From contig CAZIFQ010000003.1 in NCBI GenBank assembly GCA_964538375.1, positions 130,439-194,438 of the forward strand: 64,000 nt of DNA. Direction: 5' to 3'. Position 1 is the stretch's first letter; every line of letters begins with the position of its first letter. Under the pieces are notes generated by a model. It ran no database searches, was not told the DNA's origin, and was given only the letters and a program-made list of their open reading frames with translations. Both the position numbers and the translations under genes were made by a program. This stretch comes from an uncultured Bacteroidaceae bacterium. Lineage in GTDB: Bacteria; Bacteroidota; Bacteroidia; Bacteroidales; GCA-2748055. Of the stretch, positions 30,209 to 38,371 are shown piece by piece.

Positions 30209-32152
30209 ATGAAAAAACTACTTTACACATTAATGCTAGTCCTATTAACATCAGGACTTTATGCACAATCCCTTGTTGTGCATACTGAGCTTGGTCAGGC
30301 GGGGGGCGGTGGTGCATCTGTGGATATTAATGCAGATGGGGACCTTGATTTTTACATTTCTGGTCATACCCCTGGCCTAGAACCTTTACTGAAAGCTGAT
30401 GGTACTCCTATTGATTATGGTGATGATGGTACAGTTGATTCAACTTCCAGATGGCAGAGATTGTATTTATATACTGAATCCGGTTATGAAAAGACAACAA
30501 CTAGTTTAAGGCTTGTCGACAGGGCAAACCTGGACTGGTATGATGTAAATGGGGATGGAATACTAGACCTCCTGGGCACAGAGCATTCATTTAATGATTA
30601 TGATAAGCCTGATGATCCATGGTACAATGGTGGAGTTTATTTAAGCGACGGAGATGGTAATTTTACAAAATCAGACTGGCCATTATATGAGCGGTCTAAT
30701 GCCGGTGCCTTTGCTGATTTCAACAGTGACGGCCATATTGATTACGTAACAATTTCTACTGACAGTGCTAGTTCGTTTGTCTACATGAATAATGGAGATG
30801 ACACATTCGCAGAAACTAGTGGTGATGTTTTCGGAGAATACAAATTCGGCATTCCATACCTGGAGGTCGTTGATTACAATAACGATGGTCTAACAGACAT
30901 CTTTATAACTTCCAATTGCGACAACCCTGCAACAAATGATGGAGCGAGGGTTATATGCGACATCTTTATCAACAATAGTGAAGAGCCCGGAACTTTCTAC
31001 AGGGCATTTATTGGGGATAATGGCGTTTTCCAAAAAGGAAATGGAGGCGTTGATTTCGCTGACTATAACGGAGATGGAAACATTGACTTTGCATTATACG
31101 GAGAAGGTGGAACAGGTACCGGAGAACCAGGTGGTGGTGAAGATGAGTGGGCTTGTATAACACATGTTTATTTAAATCAGGGTGATGGCACTTTCCTTGA
31201 CAAAGCACAACCTGCAATAATTAATGATATCCGTCCACTTAACAGTACTGGAGTTGGAACTGGTAACATCGACTGGGACAACGATGGAATCCATGATTTG
31301 ATCATTACAGGTTGGGCTCCAGCTCCAGATCCAGGACCACATACACAAGCTGGATATCTTTATAAAGGAGATGGAGCAGGAAACTTCACGGAAGTTGGTC
31401 GTGTTCCCGGTGGATCAGAAACTGTATTGTTATTCAATGATTGGAATGGCGATGGAGTAAAAGACTACCTTGTTTCCGGACACTGCTGGGATGACATGTG
31501 GTATACTCCTGAAGAGGTGGGAAGAACTGCATCTGTGTATTTCAATGCGAACACAAGTTCTCCAAATGTTAAACCTGCAGCTCCTGGCAATTTACAGGCT
31601 ACTTATTCAGATGGAACAGTTACCCTTTCATGGGATGAGGCAACTGACGACAAAACTCCGTCAGCTTCACTTACTTATGAATACTACCTGAAAGATGATA
31701 ATGGTGATTTCATGATAGCGCCTTCTTCAATAGTTGGTGGTGAAAATGATGGTTTCAGAATGGTCAACAAACTTGGTAATGCCTTTCTAAATACATCAAT
31801 TTCTATTTTCGATCTTGAACTAGGTGGCGACTTTACCTGGAGTGTCCAGGCTATAGATGCTTCCTTTGATGGGTCTCTTTTTGCTACTGAGACATCAATT
31901 CATATTCCTACTGGAGTTCAACAGAACACACTGGATTCACAGCTTAAACTATATTCTGCCAATGAAGAACTTGTTGCAAAACTCAGCAATGGAAAAGTTG
32001 GTAATATATCCATCTTAAATATATTAGGTCAGGTCATGACCATCGATATTATTGAAGGAGAGTATAGGAAACAACTACCCCAAGGTGTATACGTTGTAAA
32101 AGTTGAATGCGAAGGTGAAGTAGTGACAAAAAAAGTTTTGCTTGCCCAATAA
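30209..32152 (+). CDS. FG-GAP/VCBS repeat beta-propeller + FN3-like domain + T9SS type-A CTD
   Basis: Seven DxNxDGxxD-type repeats (DINADGDLD ... DWNGDGVKD), PAAPGNL..TLSWD, C-terminal ILGQ...GVYVVKV...KKVLL. Confidence 0.85.
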   Translation: MKKLLYTLMLVLLTSGLYAQSLVVHTELGQAGGGGASVDINADGDLDFYISGHTPGLEPLLKADGTPIDYGDDGTVDSTSRWQRLYLYTESGYEKTTTSLRLVDRANLDWYDVNGDGILDLLGTEHSFNDYDKPDDPWYNGGVYLSDGDGNFTKSDWPLYERSNAGAFADFNSDGHIDYVTISTDSASSFVYMNNGDDTFAETSGDVFGEYKFGIPYLEVVDYNNDGLTDIFITSNCDNPATNDGARVICDIFINNSEEPGTFYRAFIGDNGVFQKGNGGVDFADYNGDGNIDFALYGEGGTGTGEPGGGEDEWACITHVYLNQGDGTFLDKAQPAIINDIRPLNSTGVGTGNIDWDNDGIHDLIITGWAPAPDPGPHTQAGYLYKGDGAGNFTEVGRVPGGSETVLLFNDWNGDGVKDYLVSGHCWDDMWYTPEEVGRTASVYFNANTSSPNVKPAAPGNLQATYSDGTVTLSWDEATDDKTPSASLTYEYYLKDDNGDFMIAPSSIVGGENDGFRMVNKLGNAFLNTSISIFDLELGGDFTWSVQAIDASFDGSLFATETSIHIPTGVQQNTLDSQLKLYSANEELVAKLSNGKVGNISILNILGQVMTIDIIEGEYRKQLPQGVYVVKVECEGEVVTKKVLLAQ

Positions 32153-32199
32153 GAATATCATATTCTATTAGTTAAGCTTAACTTGCTTACAACCTTTTT

Positions 32200-32260
32200 A
32201 GAGTGCCTGAATGGCAAGACTTTTGAAAAAGTTTTATAGTTATTCAGGCACTCTCTTTAT
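32200..32260 (+). terminator. Long intra-PUL stem-loop (terminator or RNA stability element)
   Basis: agagtgcctgaat (32200-32212) pairs with attcaggcactct (32242-32254); inner aagacttt/aaagtttt helix. Confidence 0.6.
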
Positions 32261-32296
32261 TATCTCATTAGGTGTACATTTTGAAAATGAACGTAT

Positions 32297-32908
32297 ATGA
32301 AATTTTTTACAGTGACTCTGCTCTTACTTCTCCCCATAGCCATTTATTCACAGAGTGTTAATCAGAAAGTTATACTTCAATTAGTACAAGCAAATTTATT
32401 AAGGATTGATGCTGGTGCGGATCTTTCATTATCTGAATCAGGCACAGCTATCATTGGAGAAAACATTAGTATAAATGGTGGCACACCAGAGTATACATAT
32501 ACATGGAGTGATAATCAAGGTAATGCGTATTTTGAACAATCTCCTCTAGTTTCTCAAATTGGTAGTTATTATCTGACCGTCACTGATCAAAACAACTGTA
32601 CTTCAAGAGATTCAGTTAGTATGAGTAGCTTTAAAACTGGTACCGAAGTACTATTATTGGACCATATAGAAATCCTTCATTTCGATAATCAAAAGCAAAC
32701 TCTTCATGTAAAACTTGGCAAATCTTACTCAAATGTCCTTGTTAGAATCATTGGAATAGATGGGAAATGCCATTATTCCCATAGCTTTACAGACAGCAGT
32801 TTTGGATTCGATCATCATATTGATGTCAGTACCTTTAGCAAGGGAATCTATATTCTCTCTGCATCGTTTAGAAATGAACAATTTGCTAAAAAATTCACCC
32901 TAAATTAG
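32297..32908 (+). CDS. Small secreted protein: short Ig/PKD-like domain + T9SS type-A CTD
   Basis: Signal peptide, DAGAD...GGTPEYTYTW...YYLTVTDQNNC, C-terminal IIGIDGK...KGIYIL...KKFTLN. Confidence 0.75.
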   Translation: MKFFTVTLLLLLPIAIYSQSVNQKVILQLVQANLLRIDAGADLSLSESGTAIIGENISINGGTPEYTYTWSDNQGNAYFEQSPLVSQIGSYYLTVTDQNNCTSRDSVSMSSFKTGTEVLLLDHIEILHFDNQKQTLHVKLGKSYSNVLVRIIGIDGKCHYSHSFTDSSFGFDHHIDVSTFSKGIYILSASFRNEQFAKKFTLN

Positions 32909-32915
32909 GTAGAAT

Positions 32916-34904
32916 ATGTATCACAATAAAATATTGGTAATTCTGTTTTTATTACTTTTTTCAGTGATAAAAATTAGCGCCCAGGAAGAAATAGATCTCT
33001 ATTCAGTTTATTATAATAATGTGGAACCTATTGATTTGCAACTTAGTAAATTCCCTCATGGTACTGTTCAATGGCAATTTTCGAGGGACAAAGGAAATTC
33101 CTGGGATAATATTGGAGGAGCAAACGAATTTAGCATTAAATATAACTCCGATACATCAGTATATCTTCGCGCCGCAGTTCTTTCAGGAACTTGCGACTCA
33201 GTTTTTTCGCAATATGCTTATCTTAAAACCCTACGGGTTTTTACATCCGGAATTAACGAACTTACAGATTCTTCTGCAACGATTCATTGCGAAATTGATA
33301 CAATCAATACAGCGATAAAGGAATACGGAATTCTTTACAGTAATCAGCAAATAGTGGATGAGAATTCACTACGATTTAGTTTATTTCCTCCTGTTAGTGA
33401 ATCATATTCCATTGAAATAAATGGACTTGAAGCTGGCGTTCAATATTATGCCCGTGCATTTGCATTAACTAAAGATTCAACAATAGTATTAGGAAACTTA
33501 CTCGATTTTTCACCAGTAAAAATTGCGTTAGAGCAAAATTATTCTGTTGGCACAGAAACAGCATTCTTGAACTATGAAATTCTCGGTATCAGCTCTGAAG
33601 ATATTGATGAGCATGGGATTTTCCTGAATACAGTTTCCGGATCTATTCAGAGCGCAGAAAAAATTATTGGGATCTACGTCAATGGACAATTTTCTGCTTC
33701 TGCAGCTTCACTAAACCAGGGAATGGACTATTTTGTTCAAGCCTTCATGAAGATTGGAGAATCTTATTATTACAGTTCGGAAAAACAAATTCGAACCTGG
33801 TCAGAATACAATGATCCGATCGACACTTCACCATTTGACATAAAATACAGGATTGAATGGAATGATACTTCAACGGCTGTAAAATTAAATCCTGAAGGTA
33901 CCTTCGGTGACTATGCCAGGGTTGAAAGGATTGGAAATTCAGATACCTTGATATTGGTTTACCAGGGCGGACCGAATACCAATGATTGGCTTAATATCTA
34001 TTTGCGAAAAAGTTTTGATAATGGAACCACCTGGGAAGACCAGGAGATAATCATGAATCTGGCCGACTACCCTGGCGAGTATTGGCGTTTTTGTACACCT
34101 GAGCTCCTATTTCTCCAAAACGGATGGTTATTACTCGCCTTTGAAGCAAACGCACGGCCCGATGAGAACAAAAGCTCAGTACAAATCCTCATCAGTAAAG
34201 ATTCTGCAAGTACCTGGAATGATCCAATAAAATATGTGACGGGAAGAACCTGGGAACCAAGCATGGTACAATTACCTCATGGTGAAATAGAATTGTTTTA
34301 TTCCAGTGAGGATAAGTGGTGGGGGACTGATAATTTATATCAGGATATTCAGCTTATTCGATCAACAGACAATGGAGAATCATGGTCAGATCCCCAGGTT
34401 GTCGCCTACTACCCAAATAAGAGAGATGGCATGCCAGTACCATTATTATTACAGGGGAATAAGGGTGTTGTATTTGCAATTGAATGTGTAGGTTCCTCAT
34501 ATTCACCTTACATCATTCACAGGGATATGAATGAGCCATGGATATTGGAACAGTCTGACTTTATTAATTCTCCAAATCGATGGCTTATTGAAGGTTTCAG
34601 CGGCCATGGCGGTGCTCCTTATATTCTGCAGCTTCCGAGTGGCGAAATAGTATATTCGGCTCATATTTACCGCGGAGGTGATTGGCACCAAAATAATTAC
34701 CAGGAAGTGATGATCGGAGATAATGACTCAAGAAATTTTGAGAACTTAACACGTCCCTGGGGTCTCCCTCCCTTGAATGAAGGAGCAATAAATAATAGTT
34801 TGTTTCTGAAAGATGAAACAACTATTGTAACAATTTCTACACGCATGTTTACTAACGGAACCGGAGGTCTATACTGGCTGGAAGGAAAAATAGTACTAAA
34901 ATGA
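32916..34904 (+). CDS. Secreted FN3-like repeats + BNR/Asp-box propeller (GH93/sialidase-like)
   Basis: Asp boxes SFDNGTTW, SKDSASTW, STDNGESW; TWEPS and RDGMP...FAIE motifs as in GH93 exo-arabinanases; FN3-like GLEAGVQYYARAFA. Confidence 0.7.
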   Translation: MYHNKILVILFLLLFSVIKISAQEEIDLYSVYYNNVEPIDLQLSKFPHGTVQWQFSRDKGNSWDNIGGANEFSIKYNSDTSVYLRAAVLSGTCDSVFSQYAYLKTLRVFTSGINELTDSSATIHCEIDTINTAIKEYGILYSNQQIVDENSLRFSLFPPVSESYSIEINGLEAGVQYYARAFALTKDSTIVLGNLLDFSPVKIALEQNYSVGTETAFLNYEILGISSEDIDEHGIFLNTVSGSIQSAEKIIGIYVNGQFSASAASLNQGMDYFVQAFMKIGESYYYSSEKQIRTWSEYNDPIDTSPFDIKYRIEWNDTSTAVKLNPEGTFGDYARVERIGNSDTLILVYQGGPNTNDWLNIYLRKSFDNGTTWEDQEIIMNLADYPGEYWRFCTPELLFLQNGWLLLAFEANARPDENKSSVQILISKDSASTWNDPIKYVTGRTWEPSMVQLPHGEIELFYSSEDKWWGTDNLYQDIQLIRSTDNGESWSDPQVVAYYPNKRDGMPVPLLLQGNKGVVFAIECVGSSYSPYIIHRDMNEPWILEQSDFINSPNRWLIEGFSGHGGAPYILQLPSGEIVYSAHIYRGGDWHQNNYQEVMIGDNDSRNFENLTRPWGLPPLNEGAINNSLFLKDETTIVTISTRMFTNGTGGLYWLEGKIVLK

Positions 34905-36196
34905 AAAAATTACTTACCAGATTATTATTCTGTCTGGCAATTATCTCTTCAGTAGTAACAAATAATATATTGTCAGCCCAATGCACGTATCAGAATCCAA
35001 TCATGGAGGGGGCAGATCCTTTTGTTACCTTTCATGATGGAAATTATTATGTTCTGGTTACCAGGGCAAACAGGATAGGAATTAAGAGTTCGCCGAAACT
35101 ACAGGATATTGCACCCCTTAGTGAGATAAAGGTTTTTGATTTTATAGGCAGCCCTGTTGGTGGTCATATTTGGGCCCCTGAGTTGCACTATATAGACGGA
35201 AACTGGTACATATACAGTTGTGGGCAAAATACTGGTCTTGATTACAATGAAGAATGGGTTAACTATGTTCAGGATCGCCAGGAAATGTTTGTCCTGAAGA
35301 GTACAACGGGAGACCCTTTCGGTCCGTATGAATTCTATTCATGGTTGATGCCGGGATTAGGTGCAATTGATGAAACAATTTTTACACATGCCAATGGGAA
35401 GAAATATATAATCTGGTCCCAGTTTAATATCCCTGGTCAACCTCAAAATCAGTGTTTGTATATTGCTGAGTTGCTTTCCCCTAAATCGATAGGTGTTGAC
35501 AGAGTGATGATCTCTTGTCCGGATCAGGAATGGGAACTGCATGGCTGGCCGGTAAATGAAGGTGCCGCAGTTTTGCAGAAAAATGGGAAAACTTATATCG
35601 TTTATTCCGGAAGTGGCTATTTAACTCCTGAATATGCTCTTGGATATTTGGTAAATACCGATGGTGATCTGTTGAACCCTGATTCCTGGACTAAAGTAGG
35701 ACCTGTTTTTCAGCAAGATCCTTCTGCTGGAATTTATGCGACAGGACATAATTCCTTTACCACTTCTCCAGATGGAACCGAAGATTGGATAGCTTATCAT
35801 GGACGATTAAGTACTGACGGAAATGAACCAAGATATATGTTTATACAGAAATTCTCATGGGATGATGATATACCTGAATTTGGAAAACCAGCACCTTTGT
35901 ATACATATCTTAACTGTCCCAGTGATACTGGAACGATTATTAATACACAAGTCTTTGAAGTAAATGACTTACTAATATATCCAAACCCGGCAAGTGAATA
36001 TCTTCAGATTGAATTACCTGCAAATGGTTGTGAAGCAGAAATAGAAGTTCTGAATGTAATGGGGCAGACTTTTAGTAATGTTAGCTATACTGGTGGTAAG
36101 CTGAATATTAAAGAATTAGTAATGGGAATCTATTTGTTAAAAGTAAATACGGGTGAGAAACAGTACTATTGTCGTTTTCTAAAGAATAGTATATAA
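34901..36196 (+). CDS. GH43 alpha-L-arabinofuranosidase-like (GH43_26/27-type) + T9SS CTD
   Basis: GADPF, HIWAPELH, AIDET, VNEG, ATGHNSF..SPDGTEDWIAYH; C-terminal IYPNPAS...GIYLLKV. Confidence 0.9.
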   Translation: MKKLLTRLLFCLAIISSVVTNNILSAQCTYQNPIMEGADPFVTFHDGNYYVLVTRANRIGIKSSPKLQDIAPLSEIKVFDFIGSPVGGHIWAPELHYIDGNWYIYSCGQNTGLDYNEEWVNYVQDRQEMFVLKSTTGDPFGPYEFYSWLMPGLGAIDETIFTHANGKKYIIWSQFNIPGQPQNQCLYIAELLSPKSIGVDRVMISCPDQEWELHGWPVNEGAAVLQKNGKTYIVYSGSGYLTPEYALGYLVNTDGDLLNPDSWTKVGPVFQQDPSAGIYATGHNSFTTSPDGTEDWIAYHGRLSTDGNEPRYMFIQKFSWDDDIPEFGKPAPLYTYLNCPSDTGTIINTQVFEVNDLLIYPNPASEYLQIELPANGCEAEIEVLNVMGQTFSNVSYTGGKLNIKELVMGIYLLKVNTGEKQYYCRFLKNSI

Positions 36197-36287
36197 TTAA
36201 TAATTGAAATAATTATATGAAGAAGAATTTTATTTTTCGCATTCATAATTAAAACCTTTTTTATACTAATCCATAAATAATACCCTT

Positions 36288-37385
36288 ATGACACAAACAA
36301 AACCTTTATTGTATTTAGCTCTTGCTTTGCTTGTAATTTCCTGTAATACAAGCAACAAACCGACAGAAGAATCTGGATTAGCTGAAAAACAAACAAATAA
36401 ATGGACTGTTGAGCAGGCCAAAGAATGGGGAGAAACTCATGGGTGGCTTCGCGGCTGTAATTTCAATCCCAGTACTGCGATTAATCAACTGGAAACCTGG
36501 CAGGAAGAATCTTTTGATGCAGAGACCATTGACAGGGAGCTGGGCTGGGCAGAAGATATTGGCATGAACTGCATGAGGGTTTATCTGCACCATCTTGCCT
36601 GGGAAGTGGATAAAGAGGGCTTCAAAGCAAGGATGAACAAGTATCTCGAAATTGCTAGCGGGCATGGGATAAAGACCATCTTCGTATTCTTTGATGATTG
36701 CTGGAATCCTACTTACCAGGCAGGCACACAGCCAGATCCTAAACCCGGCGTGCATAACTCCGGTTGGGTTCGCGATCCGGGTGATCTCATATACGAGCAG
36801 CCCGAGCTTATAGAAACATTGGAAGCATATGTTAAGGATGTCCTTAGCACATTTAAAGATGACGAGAGAATTGCCTTGTGGGATCTGTATAATGAACCAG
36901 GGAACTCAGGATACAAGAACAAATCTATGGATCTTCTCAAAAAAGTGTTTGAATGGGGATGGGAAATTCGTCCTACACAACCTATTTCTGTGGGAGTTTG
37001 GAACAATGGATTAAAAGATTTTAACGAATTCCAACTGGAAAACTCAGACATCATTACTTATCATAATTATAATGCACCTGAGCATCACCAGTTAGCAATT
37101 GACTCATTAAAACTTTATGATCGTCCAATGGTCTGCACGGAATATATGGCCCGAAGAAACAACTCTTTTTTCCAAAATATAATGCCAATGTTAGCCCGTG
37201 AGAATGTGGGAGCCATTAACTGGGGACTAGTATCCGGAAAATCAAATACGAAATATGCCTGGGGTGAACCGATACCTGACGGATCAGATCCTGAACTCTG
37301 GTTCCATGAAATTTTTCATCCTGATGGCACACCTTACAGGCAAGAAGAAGTTGACCTGATAAAAAGTTTAACCTTTTCAGAGTAG
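36288..37385 (+). CDS. GH5 glycoside hydrolase lipoprotein (GH5_13-like furanosidase)
   Basis: Lipobox VISC; GCNFNPSTAINQLETWQ, WDLYNEP (acid/base), CTEYMAR (nucleophile), NWGLVSGK. Confidence 0.85.
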   Translation: MTQTKPLLYLALALLVISCNTSNKPTEESGLAEKQTNKWTVEQAKEWGETHGWLRGCNFNPSTAINQLETWQEESFDAETIDRELGWAEDIGMNCMRVYLHHLAWEVDKEGFKARMNKYLEIASGHGIKTIFVFFDDCWNPTYQAGTQPDPKPGVHNSGWVRDPGDLIYEQPELIETLEAYVKDVLSTFKDDERIALWDLYNEPGNSGYKNKSMDLLKKVFEWGWEIRPTQPISVGVWNNGLKDFNEFQLENSDIITYHNYNAPEHHQLAIDSLKLYDRPMVCTEYMARRNNSFFQNIMPMLARENVGAINWGLVSGKSNTKYAWGEPIPDGSDPELWFHEIFHPDGTPYRQEEVDLIKSLTFSE

Positions 37386-37401
37386 TAGTTTTTAAGTAGT
37401 G

Positions 37402-37450
37402 AAAAATCTGGCTTTGTCAAATATCTTTGATGAGGTCAGATTTTTTATTT
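37402..37450 (+). terminator. Terminator closing the PUL
   Basis: aaaaatctggctttgtcaaa / tttgatgaggtcagattttt stem with G-U pairs, then T run. Confidence 0.75.
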
Positions 37451-37529
37451 CCTTGTTACTTTTTATTCATGCTTATCTTGCAGATATTTATATCTTCCTT
37501 TATCTTGCGCCTTATTAAATCATCATGTC

Positions 37530-37817
37530 ATGCTGGAGATTCTTCTCATTATATACATATCAAGAAAAATTGGCGCTATAGCCGAAAAGAAAGGTCATAA
37601 ACGCAGACCCAACGTAATTTTTTTCATTGTAATGTGGATTGCCGGAGAACTAAGCGGAGCCATGATCGGCGCATTTTTCTCTAAGGGAAACCTCGGTATA
37701 ACATACCTTATGGCCATTGTCGGAGCCGTACTCGGAACTGTTTTGGCCTTTAATGTTGTGCAAAAATTAGAGGATAAAAACGATTCCGATTATATTATTA
37801 TTGATGGGGATAAGTGA
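37530..37817 (+). CDS. Small hypothetical membrane protein
   Basis: 95 aa with three hydrophobic segments; -7-like TATCTTGC upstream. Confidence 0.7.
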   Translation: MLEILLIIYISRKIGAIAEKKGHKRRPNVIFFIVMWIAGELSGAMIGAFFSKGNLGITYLMAIVGAVLGTVLAFNVVQKLEDKNDSDYIIIDGDK

Positions 37818-37827
37818 GATGTTTAGT

Positions 37828-37916
37828 CAATGTGGCAATGTGGCAATGAGCTAATGAGCTAATGAGTCAATAGGGCCCCCATTAACTCATTGACTCATTA
37901 ACTCATTAGCTCATTG
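37828..37916. repeat. Inverted array of 8-mer (C/T)AATGAG(C/T) repeats
   Basis: About 5 direct units (37828-37867), a GC-rich spacer, then about 5 reverse-complement units (37880-37916). Confidence 0.85.
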
Positions 37917-37977
37917 GTTAATGCATACAAAACGAAGATGTAGTAGATTAAACTATCCTTATATTTAAACAAAAAAG

Positions 37978-38370
37978 ATGAATGAATTAACACTCACTAC
38001 TCCTGCCCTGCTCTTCTCTGCTATTTCCTTACTGCTGCTGGCCTATACAAACAGGTTTCTTGCCTATGCCTCAGTAGTCAGAAACCTGCATGCCAAGCTC
38101 AAGGAGAACCCCGATTCATTAATAGTGGGTCAGATTCAGAATCTTAGGAAACGACTTGTGCTAACGCGAACGATGCAGTTAATGGGAATTGGGAGTCTGC
38201 TGCTATGTGTTTGCTGTATGTTCCTTGTATATATTGAATTTCAACTGGTAGCAGAAATATTTTTTGGTGTCGCGCTGATATTGCTTATTGTATCTCTTGC
38301 AATATCTGTTCGTGAAATTCAAATTTCAGTAAAAGCGCTTGATTTGCACCTAAGTGATATGGAGTTGTAG
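37978..38370 (+). CDS. DUF2721-domain membrane protein
   Basis: LTLTTPALLFSAISLLLLAYTNRFL, QIQNLRKRLVL, EIQISVKALDLHL. Confidence 0.85.
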   Translation: MNELTLTTPALLFSAISLLLLAYTNRFLAYASVVRNLHAKLKENPDSLIVGQIQNLRKRLVLTRTMQLMGIGSLLLCVCCMFLVYIEFQLVAEIFFGVALILLIVSLAISVREIQISVKALDLHLSDMEL

Positions 38371-38371
38371 C

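Noticed and set aside
32900-32920. Programmed frameshift or readthrough joining the small T9SS gene to the GH93-like gene
   Set aside because: Each ORF has its own signal peptide, no slippery site is visible, and a fusion would bury the CTD internally
37828-37916. CRISPR interpretation of the 8-mer arrays (here and at 59884)
   Set aside because: Units are 8 bp, directly adjacent, with no unique spacers and no cas genes
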